Source: Candidatus Marinacidobacterium sp. (GTDB lineage: Bacteria; Acidobacteriota; Vicinamibacteria; Marinacidobacterales; Marinacidobacteraceae). Taken from it: a stretch of DNA of 64,000 bases. The stretch is taken from the NCBI GenBank assembly GCA_965202845.1, contig OZ241856.1, positions 1,027,159-1,091,158 on the forward strand, written 5' to 3'. A program made the position numbers and the translations under genes. Shown here piece by piece: positions 1-9,970 of this stretch (the stretch's first letter is position 1; each line of letters opens with the position of its first letter). The notes under the pieces were generated by a model. The model saw only the letters and a list, made by a program, of their open reading frames with translations, was not told where the DNA came from and made no database searches.

Positions 1-69
1 CTCCCCGCCGGAAACGGGCGCGATCCGGTCGTTCGGCTCTTCTCGCTGCGGGTGGCGAACGGTGAATAG
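1..69 (+). CDS. 3' end of an upstream ORF (partial; possibly another minor pilin gene of the same operon)
   Basis: Open frame from the window edge to TAG at 67-69 (...VVRLFSLRVANGE*). Too short to classify. Confidence 0.25.
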   Translation, partial: LPAGNGRDPVVRLFSLRVANGE

Positions 70-844
70 CCGCATGGCGTCGGCCCGAAACGCGGGTTCC
101 GAGTCGGGGCTGGCGCTCGCGGTGGCGCTGATTCTGGCGCTCGCGCTCGCCGTCGTCAGCGCGGCGGTGATTTCCAGTCTCGGCGCCGGCAGCGACGTCA
201 GCCGGAACCGGCTGTGGGCCGAGACCGCGGCGGCCCGAGCCGAAGCGGGCCTTGAATACGCCAAGACGGTGCTGGCGGCGTGGGTGGAGCGGGACGGGAG
301 CCTGAACGGGATGCTCCCCCCGGCCCGCGCGCGGATCCGGGCGCCCGAAGGCGCCCGCTGGGGCGTCGCGCGTCCGGAGGACCCGGGCGCCTGTCGGGAC
401 CCGCAACAGGCCGGATGCCGCGACTACCAGATGTTCCGGGACGAACCGGTGGGCGGCGCCAGCTCGCGGATCTATGTCGGCAGGGTGCTCCGCACTCCCG
501 AGGGCCGGGCGCTGTTCTTCGATCCCCGCGATCCGCGCGCCGGCTGGACGCCTTCGGACGCGACGGTGGACCTGAACGGCGTGACGGTGTGGGCGCGCCG
601 CCCGGTGGTCGGAACCCGGGACGCCGGGGATCCCCACGACCGGGTCGTGCTCACCGCCGAAGCCCGCTATCCGCCCCCGGCGGATGCGGACGATCCCCAC
701 GCGGTCAGTCGGATCGAGATGGCGATCCGGGTGGCGCCGCGCCCTCCTTCGGAGGAGGGGGGCCTGGACGACTACGGAGGGCCGGGGACGCAATTTCGCC
801 TGGTGGATCGACGCCGGGGCGGCGACGCCCAGGTCGTTGAATGA
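62..844 (+). CDS. PilX-like type IV pilus minor pilin/assembly protein
   Basis: Hydrophobic N-terminus GLALAVALILALALAVVSAAVISSL resembles the PilX N-terminal domain. Sits immediately upstream of the PilY1-like gene. Start is GTG at 62 or ATG at 74. Confidence 0.55.
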   Translation: MNSRMASARNAGSESGLALAVALILALALAVVSAAVISSLGAGSDVSRNRLWAETAAARAEAGLEYAKTVLAAWVERDGSLNGMLPPARARIRAPEGARWGVARPEDPGACRDPQQAGCRDYQMFRDEPVGGASSRIYVGRVLRTPEGRALFFDPRDPRAGWTPSDATVDLNGVTVWARRPVVGTRDAGDPHDRVVLTAEARYPPPADADDPHAVSRIEMAIRVAPRPPSEEGGLDDYGGPGTQFRLVDRRRGGDAQVVE

Positions 845-850
845 CAACCG

Positions 851-857
851 GAGGAGA
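851..857 (+). promoter_or_regulatory. Shine-Dalgarno GGAGGAG upstream of the PilY1-like gene
   Basis: GGAGGAG lies 6 nt before ATG at 864. Confidence 0.5.
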
Positions 858-863
858 TGCCGA

Positions 864-3800
864 ATGAGGAAACGAAACGCCGCGATTCTGGTCCTTCTGC
901 TCGCCGCGCTGGCGGAGGGCGGGGAAGGCCCCGAAATCGAACGGGGCCGCGACCCGTTCGAGCTGGCGCGCAGTCAGGTTCGCCAGCGGGTCTGGGTGCT
1001 TCTCGACACCTCGCATTCCATGAACTTCGGGAGCAAGAACGATTCGCGTCTGGATGCGGCGCTTCGCGCGATCCGCGGGACGGTGGACGAGTTTCGCTCC
1101 CGGTCCGGCGAGCCGCTCGCCGATTGGGCGTTTGCGACGTTCGCCTACCAGGCGTCGCGCGGAGAGGACGTCCAGTGCTCCGACCCTTCCTTCGGCGCCG
1201 CACTTCCCACGGGATGGGAGAAGCTGACCTTGGGCGTTCCCAATCCGGGATGCCAGGGAGTCGCCATCCGAACCGTCCCGGACGACTGCGATCCCGAAGC
1301 CGGCGCCCGCGCGCTCTTGGGCGGGTTGCCCCGCGTCACGAATTCCGTCGTCACCCCGATCGGAATCGGGATCCAGCAGCTTGCGGCCCACATCAGCGAG
1401 AACCGGGCCGCCGATCTCGCTCCCGGCCAGCAGAATGTCATCCTCTTGCTCACCGATGGCGAGGACAACTGTGAATGCAAGGAATTCCCCTGGCTGGATT
1501 TTCATGAGGGGCCCGCCGGGATTGGATCGCAGGACAGACTGTCGCTCCGGATCCACGCCGCATCCCCGGATCCGGTTTCCTTGCCCTCGCCGGGCGTCGT
1601 TGATGTCATGGCTCACAACGCCGGCCTGCGGGCGCGCACCGCGTTTCGCCTGCTGGGAGGCGGGGATTCGGAAAGCGCCACCGGAGACATCTTCGTGGTG
1701 GGTTTCGGGATGTCCGTTCCTGAAATGCGGGAGCGCGTCAACCACATCGCCTGGATGGCCTCCGGTCTCCGGCGTCCGGCGCTCCATGCCCTGGACGGCG
1801 CCGCGCTCCGGGATGCGCTGCGGCGCACGATGGATGCGGTCACGTTGCCCCGGGGCCGGGTGGCGCTCTCCGCTCCGGCGCTGGCCTCGATCAAGGAACT
1901 GGTCGCCGGTTCGCCTTCCCCCCGCTTTCCGGGAAGCGATCCGGCCCGTTCCCCGACGGAACTGGTCGCCGATCCGTCTCGACCTGCCGACGTCCGGCGC
2001 GCGCTTGCGCTCCGGGAGATGTATCGGGACAACGTCCTCATCTCCACCGCCGCCGAATTGCACCGGCTGCGGGGGCATCTTTGGGCCAAGCCGACCCCGG
2101 CGCACGCGACTGCCGGACAGCGAATCTGGGACGCCGGCGAGCAGTTGCGCGACCGGGACCCCGACGATCGGATGCTGCTTTTCAACCGACCGGGCGGCCG
2201 CGAGCTGATTCCGTTCCGGGTGGGGAAGGTGACGGCGACCGATCTCGGCGTCGCTTCCGGCTATCTCGAGGAGATGGATGGAGCGGGCGCCCGTTCCGCT
2301 TCCGACGCCGCCGAGATCGTGGTGCGGATCACGCGGGGCGAGGAACTGGCGATCCACCCGGCGACCGGCCTCATCTACGACCCGGACGGCAGGCTCCACT
2401 TCGTCGGCGGGGTGGGGACCTGGAAGCTCCGCGAAACGCTCGCGACGCCGACGCCGGTGGGGAGTCCGCCGAGCCCGCCGGAGCGGGTCGCCCGGCGCCG
2501 TCAGGCCTACCGGTCGTTTTTCGCCGACCACGCGAACCGGCGCACCGTGCTCTACCTGCCGACCAGCGGCGGGATGCTGCACGCCTTCGCCGCCGACACC
2601 GGCCACGAGATCCTCGCCTACATCCCGGACGATGTGCTGGGGCCGGCGCCCGGCGAAGTCCATCCGGGGCGGACGCTGCTCCGGGATCTGGCGCTCCAGG
2701 CGGCGCGCCCGGAACCGGGCTTCGAAGTCAGTCGGGTGAGCCGCTTCACGCTGGCCGGATCGGCGGTGGTCCGGGACATCTGGCTGGACGGCGCGAACCG
2801 GTGGGCCACGGTCCTCGCCTTCGGGAGGGATTACGGCGGAAGGTTCGTCACCGCGCTCGACGTGTCCGGGGTGGGAGGCGTCTGGAAGGGCGACTTGAAG
2901 CCGCCCGCAGTCCGGCCCGGAGGGCCGGGAATTCCGAAACTGCTGTTCAACGTCGGAAACCGGACGAGCCGGGATTCGTTTTCCGGTTTCGGGCACACGC
3001 CGCTGCCGGTGCTGGCCGAGGTTCCGGATCGGGACGCCTCTTCTCGGTCGGTGGTGTTCCAGGCGGCGGGCGCCGGCGCTCCCGGGAACGATTCCGGCGC
3101 CTGGTTGTTCGCCCTGTCGCCGGAGGACGGCCGGATCGAGCGGCGCTTCCGGGTGTCCGGTCGTTCCGGAGCGGTGGTTCGCGCCGCCGCCACTCCGGCG
3201 CCCCCGGCGGTCTGGCGGCCCGCATTCGCCGGCAAGGGGGGCGGCGATCTGGTGACCCGGGTGTTTCTCGCCGATGTGCAGGGACAGGTGCACCGGCTGG
3301 ACACCCGGGACCCGGCGGGTTGGCGCTGGGGCGAGGCGTTCCAGCTGGGCGCGGACCAGCCGGTGCTCACTCCGCCGGTGGCCCTCGCGCTGCCGGGTCG
3401 CACCGAGCCGCACCTGCTGGTCGTCACCGGCGGCGACCGCCGGGTTCCGAACGGGGTTTCGCGGCTGGTGCTGCTCCGGGAAGCGGGAACCCGCATGGAG
3501 GAAGTGTGGAGTCGGGAGCTTGAGCCGGGCGAGACGCCGCAGGGAACTCCGGCGGTTCTTTCGGACGGAGTCGCGGTGGACGTGATCCTCGCCACGCAAC
3601 TGGCGGTTGAATCCTCCATCGGATGTTCGGGAACCCGCAGCGCGATCCGGTCCCGGTTGCGGGGGTTCAACGGGATCACCGGCCAGCCGGCCGCGGGCAT
3701 CGTGGCGTCCGAATCCGCGATTCTGGAGATGGGCAGCGGTCCGGCGCGGGGAGTGACGCTCTCCCGGAGCGGCAACATGGCGATCAGCGTCACCGGAGCG

Positions 3801-3911
3801 GCGGGCGAAGTGGTCGACATGGTTTTCGGAGATTTCCGCTTCCGGGTGCGCGACGGGGCGCTGGAGAACGTGACCCTTTTCGTCGAGGGCTTCCGTCGGT
3901 CTCCCTTCTGA
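864..3911 (+). CDS. pilY1: PilY1/PilC-like type IV pilus tip adhesin with N-terminal von Willebrand A domain
   Basis: Signal peptide MRKRNAAILVLLLAALAEG. vWA MIDAS motif VWVLLDTSHSMNF and ILLLTDGEDN. PilY1 C-domain signature TVLYLPTSGGMLHAFAADTGHEILAYIP. The 1273-aa antisense ORF over this region is rejected. Confidence 0.75.
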   Translation: MRKRNAAILVLLLAALAEGGEGPEIERGRDPFELARSQVRQRVWVLLDTSHSMNFGSKNDSRLDAALRAIRGTVDEFRSRSGEPLADWAFATFAYQASRGEDVQCSDPSFGAALPTGWEKLTLGVPNPGCQGVAIRTVPDDCDPEAGARALLGGLPRVTNSVVTPIGIGIQQLAAHISENRAADLAPGQQNVILLLTDGEDNCECKEFPWLDFHEGPAGIGSQDRLSLRIHAASPDPVSLPSPGVVDVMAHNAGLRARTAFRLLGGGDSESATGDIFVVGFGMSVPEMRERVNHIAWMASGLRRPALHALDGAALRDALRRTMDAVTLPRGRVALSAPALASIKELVAGSPSPRFPGSDPARSPTELVADPSRPADVRRALALREMYRDNVLISTAAELHRLRGHLWAKPTPAHATAGQRIWDAGEQLRDRDPDDRMLLFNRPGGRELIPFRVGKVTATDLGVASGYLEEMDGAGARSASDAAEIVVRITRGEELAIHPATGLIYDPDGRLHFVGGVGTWKLRETLATPTPVGSPPSPPERVARRRQAYRSFFADHANRRTVLYLPTSGGMLHAFAADTGHEILAYIPDDVLGPAPGEVHPGRTLLRDLALQAARPEPGFEVSRVSRFTLAGSAVVRDIWLDGANRWATVLAFGRDYGGRFVTALDVSGVGGVWKGDLKPPAVRPGGPGIPKLLFNVGNRTSRDSFSGFGHTPLPVLAEVPDRDASSRSVVFQAAGAGAPGNDSGAWLFALSPEDGRIERRFRVSGRSGAVVRAAATPAPPAVWRPAFAGKGGGDLVTRVFLADVQGQVHRLDTRDPAGWRWGEAFQLGADQPVLTPPVALALPGRTEPHLLVVTGGDRRVPNGVSRLVLLREAGTRMEEVWSRELEPGETPQGTPAVLSDGVAVDVILATQLAVESSIGCSGTRSAIRSRLRGFNGITGQPAAGIVASESAILEMGSGPARGVTLSRSGNMAISVTGAAGEVVDMVFGDFRFRVRDGALENVTLFVEGFRRSPF

Positions 3912-3914
3912 TTC

Positions 3915-5273
3915 GTGATGGCCCGCAAGACGAACCCGCAGCCGCGCGCCGCCGCCGGTTTCACGATCGTGGAGGTCGTGGTGGTGGCGGCCGTCACCCT
4001 TTTCGTTCTCGCCAGCTTCGTCACGCTCTTCCGGATGGGGCAGGGCGCGTTCCGCAGCGGGCCGGAGACCGCCGCGCTTCGGCTGGATGCGTCCGCCATG
4101 CTGGACTTCATCGCCCGCGACCTCGAGCGGGCGGGGTCGGGATTGCCGCCGGAGATCCCGGTGTTCAACAACCTGGACCGCGCCGGAAACCGGAATCCGG
4201 ACGGCCTCGACTTCCTTGCCGCGCCCGCCCGCCTCGTCGGGATCGGGTTCGAGCCGGTCACGTCCTTCGATGGCGCCACCGCACGCCTCGGAGTCCCCGC
4301 AAGCCGCCTCGACGCCTCGGCGCGCCCGTTCGCGGTGGTGTTCAACGACGATGAAATGATGCCGCGCTGGGCGTTCGGCGAGGTGGCTTCGGTCGCTTCG
4401 GCGGGCGGCGGGCTCGCGGGAAGCGTGTCCCAGGGCCTCAACCGGGTGGTGGGCGATTCCGCTTCGCCGCCGCCGGAGGGAGCGCGGGTCGGGCTGCGAC
4501 CGGTTCGGAACGACTGGCACTACCACTTTCGTTCGGTGGACGCGGACACCTTCGCCCCGGGCGGGGGCGGCGGCCTCATGCAGCGCGCCCTCAAGAGCGT
4601 GCTCGGCGGGGTGATCGACGCGGCGCTGCCCGGCCTGGGCTCCGGCCCGGCGGCCGCCTTGACCGACCAGGTGGTGTCCTCCATGCTCGAGACGCTCGCC
4701 GAGCGGGCGCAGAAGGCAGGGAAGTCACTCGGAAAGAAGGGCGGGCTTCCGGTCGGCGGAATCGGCGACGAGCCGGCGGAACGCTACGGCCTCTTCGGGC
4801 TCGGGCAACCCGGCGTCGTTCCGGTTTCGCGCATCCGCTACTGGCTTCGTCCCCCCGGACCCCGGGACGGCGGGCGGCGGACGCTGATGCGCCGGGTCGA
4901 TGAAGGCCAGCCCCAACCGGTCGGCTTCGCCGACGACCTGCAAATCCGGTACATCACGGGTCGGGACGCCGACCGACTTTTGGATGACCCGCCGACGTTC
5001 CTCGGCGACATGCAGACCGCCGCCGCGCTCGGCGATCACATCGTCCGGGCGGTGGAGGTGGAGATTCGGGCGGCGTCCAGCGCGGCCGCCTGGCGCACGC
5101 CGGACGGGGACGGGGCGGCGCCGCGGACCACTATTGTCCGGCGTCGCGTCGGATTGCGGATCGCCGCCGCCGGAGTCGGACGCCGCGCCTGGGAGGAGAG
5201 CATGCAGCGGAACGCGCTCCCCACCGAGATTCCGCGGATCGGCCCGCTGCGGTTCATCAAGCTCCCCTGGTGA
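3915..5273 (+). CDS. Type IV prepilin-like minor pilin (PilW/PilE-like, large)
   Basis: Class III signal and prepilin motif RAAAGFTIVEVVVVAAVTLFVL (G/FTxxE). The last ~165 codons are duplicated downstream at about 13072..13578. Confidence 0.65.
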   Translation: MMARKTNPQPRAAAGFTIVEVVVVAAVTLFVLASFVTLFRMGQGAFRSGPETAALRLDASAMLDFIARDLERAGSGLPPEIPVFNNLDRAGNRNPDGLDFLAAPARLVGIGFEPVTSFDGATARLGVPASRLDASARPFAVVFNDDEMMPRWAFGEVASVASAGGGLAGSVSQGLNRVVGDSASPPPEGARVGLRPVRNDWHYHFRSVDADTFAPGGGGGLMQRALKSVLGGVIDAALPGLGSGPAAALTDQVVSSMLETLAERAQKAGKSLGKKGGLPVGGIGDEPAERYGLFGLGQPGVVPVSRIRYWLRPPGPRDGGRRTLMRRVDEGQPQPVGFADDLQIRYITGRDADRLLDDPPTFLGDMQTAAALGDHIVRAVEVEIRAASSAAAWRTPDGDGAAPRTTIVRRRVGLRIAAAGVGRRAWEESMQRNALPTEIPRIGPLRFIKLPW

Positions 5274-5280
5274 GCGCGGC
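4776..5280 (+). repeat. Direct repeat copy 1 (~505 bp), 3' end of the pilin-like gene
   Basis: About 99% identical to 13072..13578. Roughly 4 mismatches, e.g. gggctc/ggactc, catcac/cgtcac, cgactttt/cggctgtt. Confidence 0.9.
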
Positions 5281-7783
5281 TGATGGAGTAGACTCGGCGG
5301 GAGATCATTTGCCGATTGTGCCCGGAGCGCCGCGGCGCGGTTCGTTCCGGACTGCCGGCAGCTCGCACGCGCATCCTTCCACCGGACGGAGCAAGGGAAT
5401 CCAGCATGCACCCGACGCAAGAAAGAAGGCGCAATGTGGAGCGCCTCAAGGAGTTGTTGCTGGAGATGCTCCGGCTTGACCGCGGCGACTTGGACTTCGG
5501 CCTCTACCGAATCATGCGGATGAAAGCGACGGAAATCAGGAGTTTCCTCGATCGGGATTTGTTTCCGCAGGTTCAGGAAGTGATTGATGGCGCTACCGAC
5601 GAACAGCGAGCCGCGCTCGAGAAGGAGATCGCGAACATCAGCGATTCGTTGCGAAAATATGGCGCTGTTCCCGATGACGCCCTTGCGGTCCAAAACCTGA
5701 AGGCGGAGTTGAAGAGGGCGAATACGGACGTCGCCGCGGAAGCCGACGTGTTCGGCCATCTCGTCAATTTCTTCGCCCGCTACTACGCCGAAGGGGATTT
5801 CATGCCGCTTCGCCGTTACTCGTCGGGCGACGCGCCCACCTATCGGATCCCTTGGGACGGCGAGGAGGTGAAACTGCACTGGGCCCATTCGGACCAGTAC
5901 TACGTCAAGACGACCGAGAACTACGCCTCCTACGCATTCCTCGCCAGTGCGGGCGACGCATCGTTCCGGGCGCGCTTCGAGATTGCGATGGCGGACAACG
6001 AGAAGGACGACATCAAGGAGGCGAACGGTCGGCAGCGCCGCTTCGTTCTCGCAAGGCAAGCGGTGGCGCTCAAGGACGGCGAACTGGTCGTCCGCTTCGA
6101 GCACCGTCCCCTTCGGGAGAGCGAGAAACAGAAATGGCCCGGCAACGGCGCAAGCCAGCAGGAACGGATCAATGGGGCGGCGGTGGAGCGCATCCGGGCG
6201 GCGGTCGAACGGCTGGATCCGGAGCGGCTTTCGGCCCTCGACACGCCCGCCCCGACCGACGTCAAGCAGCAACGAACCCTGCTGGAGAAGCATGTGGGGC
6301 GGTACACGGCGAAGAACAGTTTCGATTACTTCATCCACAAAGATCTGGCCGGATTTCTGCGCCGGGAACTGGACCTCTACCTGAAAACCGATGTTCTGGA
6401 CCTTCAGGACCTCGCGTTCGGCGATGCCGACCGACTGCGTCGCGCCCTGGGGCGGATGCGCGGCGTCCGGGAGATTGGCGGCAAGCTCATCGACTTCCTC
6501 GCGCAACTGGAGAATTTTCAGAAACGCCTCTGGCTCAAGAAGAAATTCGTCCTGGAGACCGAGTGGTGCGTGACTCTGGATCGGATTCCGGAACGCTTCT
6601 ATCCGGAGATCGCCGCAAACGAGGCGCAGCATGCGGAATGGGTGGAGTTGTTCGCCATCGACCGGATCGTGGGCTACGCCAAGCCGCTCCCAGTCGGTTT
6701 TTTCAAGGCCAATCCGTTTCTGACGCTGGACACCCGCCATTTCGACCGCAGCTTCAAGGATCGGTTGCTGGCCGCCCTCTCGGAAGCCGCCCCCCTGGAC
6801 GAACAGACCGATGGACTTCTGATCCAGGGCGAGAACGCCCAGGCATTGCGTCTGTCAAGAAAGCGCTACGCGGGGAAAATCCAATGCATACATATTGATC
6901 CTCCGTACAATACGCAAACAAGCGGTTTCATGTACAAGAACGGCTACATGCATTCCAGCTGGATGGCGATGATGCAAGAACGCATGGAATGCTGTATGCC
7001 CTTGCTCGAGGAGCGGGGACATTTTCTTTGTCATATTGACGAAAACGAACATGGACGTTTGCATGTCTTGATGGATCAATTCGACCTTCCCGATGCGGGA
7101 ACCATTGTGTGGGACAAGAGAAATCCCATGACCGCCGGGGGCGGCGTCGCCATACAGCACGAGTATGTACTGTGGCGGACGCATTTTTCTTCGTCCATTG
7201 ATCTTCATCACGGCAACGAGGATTTGATCCTGGACAATGCGGCCGCCTTGATCGAAAAGCACGGAATGTCTGATTTGGCGAGAAAGGAATTTGCGAAGTG
7301 GGTCCGGGGAGAAACTCGACTGAGCAACGGCGACAAGTCCTATGCGTACATTGATTCGAAGGGACAGGTCTATCGATCCGTCAGCTTGCGAGCCCCGGAA
7401 ATGAGGGAGGACCCGAAATTTCATGAATCCCTGATACACCCCATCACGGGAAAACCCTGCCCGGTTCCGCCGAACGGTTTCTCGCGCACTCCGGAAACGC
7501 TTGCAAGCATGATGGAAAGAGGTGAAATCCTGTTCGGCAAGGACGAAACCTCGCAGCCCAGACAAAAGCGCGTCTTGCATCGGGACGCGAGCAAACAGAT
7601 TTCATCCGTTATCCCGGACGCCAAAAGGGGAAAATCCGAACTGGACGAACTGGGATTGGGCGATTTCCCCTACGCGCACGCAACCTCCCTCTACGACATT
7701 CTGGTAGGCGCGGCGGCGAGAAAACATCAAGACACGGTGCTGGACTTCTTTGGCGGATCGGGGACGACCGGCCACGCGGTCCT

Positions 7784-7791
7784 CAATTTGA
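7784..7791. repeat. Target-site duplication CAATTTGA (left)
   Basis: Identical 8-mer immediately flanks both IS ends. ISL3 elements make 8-bp duplications. Confidence 0.7.
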
Positions 7792-9259
7792 GGCTCTTTC
7801 AAATACCGAGTGGGTACGCGACATGAGGGTTGAGCTTGGAGAAGTCCAGTTTTCCGGCGATGAGGAAGAACACGGTGCGGATGGTCTGGAAGGTTCCGTA
7901 GCCTCTGGCTTTCCGCTTGGCCGCCTGAAACAGGCCGTTGAGCGCCTCGATGAAGCCGTTGGTCTGGCGGGTTCGGGCCCACGCGACGATGCCCTCGAGA
8001 TGTTTGCGGATCATCCGCGCGACGGCTTTCATGGGTTCGACCTTGGAGCGGTTCACGTTGGCGCACCACTGCCGGAGCATGGCTCTGACGACGTTGACCT
8101 GCTTGCGGTTGAGGATGTTCCGGAGTTGCTCGCGGTACATCCAGGCTCGGGCGGTGCGCTTTCCGGGGGCCTGCGCGATGAGAGCGTTGAGTTGGGCGCG
8201 CTGTTCGGGGCCGAGTCGTTCGGGATTTTTGAGGAGCGCCCAGCGCATGCCCTTGAGTTGGGGGTTGGCGCGCTGCTCGATGCGCCGGGTCTGGTCGAGG
8301 GCCTTGGATGCGTGAGCGATGACGTGGAATTTGTCGAAGGTGATCTGGGCGTTGGGGAGATGCTCTGCGACGCCCTTCATGTAGGCGGGGGACATGTCGA
8401 TGGAGGCGACTTCGACGGCTTCGGGGTCTCCGCCGTGGGCTTCGAGGCTTCGGGCGAATCGGTCGACGGAGTCGGCGGCGCGGCCTTCTCCGACGAAGAT
8501 GACCCGGCGTTTTCGGGCGTCTGCGACGACGGTGACGTAGTTGTGGCCGCGCGCGCGGGAGGTTTCGTCGATGGCGACGGCGCGGACGTCGGCTTGGTCG
8601 TCGGTTTCGGTGGCGAGTTCCACATAGCGGTTGGAGATGGCCTGGGTTTGGTGCTGGGAGAGTCCGGCGAGCCGTGCGACGGCGGCGAAGGTCATGTCCT
8701 GGCACATGGCGAGAATCAAGGCTTCGAAGAGGAGGGAGAACCCGGAGAGCTTGCCGGCCCAGGGCGGCGAGACCAGCGCGACCTTGCCGTTGAGGAGGCG
8801 CACCCGGGGGACGCGCGCCACCAGTTCGCACTCGAATTGGAAGAAGTTGAGGTGGCGGAAGCGCTTGGTCTTGGTGTCGTGGACCGGATGGAGGCCGTCG
8901 TGGTTCTGGTGGGCGAAGCGGGCGCCCCTGCGGAAATCGACGCGGATGCTCAGCTTTCCTTGGTCCTTGTCGAATTCCACGTTCTCGACGAACCAGGGGT
9001 CCGGGATGCCGAGGGCTTGGGCGAAAAGCTCGTGTAGCACTGGATGCGCTCCTTTTTTTCAGGGTCGAAAGCGGGAAAAGTGTTCCATTGGTGTGTGGCG
9101 ACGCTGGCTGGGGACGGTTGCGGCTTCCCGCTTTCGACCCTTTTTCGAGCGTGCCCGCCGGATTCCGTGAGTCAAGGGTTCGCTACGCCGTGCAAGCCCG
9201 CCCTTGACACCCGGAATCCCGGCGGTCTCCATTCTACCCACTCAAATCTCAATTGAGGC
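7792..9259 (-). mobile_element. ISL3-family insertion sequence (~1.47 kb)
   Basis: Imperfect terminal inverted repeats GGCTCTTTCAAATACCGAGTGGGTA and (rc) GCCTCAATTGAGATTTGAGTGGGTA. Carries a single transposase ORF. Flanked by an 8-bp duplication. Boundaries are good to about 1-2 nt. Confidence 0.8.
7799..9040 (-). CDS. ISL3-family transposase
   Basis: 413 aa (MLHELFAQALGIPDPWFVENVEFD...KFHVIAHASKALDQTRR...). Length and composition are typical of ISL3 (IS204/IS1001/IS1096) transposases. The stop lies inside the terminal repeat. Confidence 0.85.
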   Translation of the reverse strand: MLHELFAQALGIPDPWFVENVEFDKDQGKLSIRVDFRRGARFAHQNHDGLHPVHDTKTKRFRHLNFFQFECELVARVPRVRLLNGKVALVSPPWAGKLSGFSLLFEALILAMCQDMTFAAVARLAGLSQHQTQAISNRYVELATETDDQADVRAVAIDETSRARGHNYVTVVADARKRRVIFVGEGRAADSVDRFARSLEAHGGDPEAVEVASIDMSPAYMKGVAEHLPNAQITFDKFHVIAHASKALDQTRRIEQRANPQLKGMRWALLKNPERLGPEQRAQLNALIAQAPGKRTARAWMYREQLRNILNRKQVNVVRAMLRQWCANVNRSKVEPMKAVARMIRKHLEGIVAWARTRQTNGFIEALNGLFQAAKRKARGYGTFQTIRTVFFLIAGKLDFSKLNPHVAYPLGI

Positions 9260-9267
9260 CAATTTGA
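9260..9267. repeat. Target-site duplication CAATTTGA (right)
   Basis: Same 8-mer as at 7784-7791. Confidence 0.7.
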
Positions 9268-9970
9268 ATCGGCTGGACGGGGGCCGGCGGAAGTACATCC
9301 TGGTCGAGATGGGGGATCATTTCGACACGGTGATGCTGCCCCGCCTCAAGAAGGTCGCCTACTCCCCGGACTGGAAGGAGGGCGAACCGACCGCGCGCGA
9401 CAAGGGGATGAGCCAGCTCATCAAAACCGTTCGCATCGAATCCTGGGAGGACACGCTGGACAGCCTGGAAGCCAAACAGCCTCCGGAAGACGTGTTGAAG
9501 CGCTATCCGACGGTGGCCGAAGATTACCGGCTGCGGTACGCCCTGAATGAGGAAACCGCCGGCAGCCCCTGCCTGCTTGGCGAGGACTTCCGGAACCCGT
9601 TCGCGTACACGCTCTCGGTCGTCCGGGACGGCGTCCGCCAGGAGACGCCGGTGGATTTGGTGGAGACGTTCAACCTGCTTCTCGGCTTCCGGGTGGAGTC
9701 GCGCCGCCGCGTTGATGGCGTGCTCGCCATCTTCGGAGTGGATCCGGAGGGACGGACATGTCTGATCCTCTGGCGCGACCGGGACGAGATCGACAATGAC
9801 GCGCTGGACGACTGGCTCCGACGTCATCGTGCGAACCTCCCCGACGGACTTGAACTGATCTACGCCAACGGGGACCATACGCTGAACGCGGTCCAGGAAA
9901 AGGACGAAATCTGGAAGGCGAAGCCCATCGAACCGATCTTCCGAAAACTCATGTTCGCCGGGGATGGAGG

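Noticed and set aside
705-4526. 1273-aa minus-strand ORF antisense to the pilX/pilY1 region
   Set aside because: Arg/Pro/Gly/His-rich composition typical of antisense frames in high-GC DNA. It overlaps a strongly supported PilY1-like gene. No recognisable domains.
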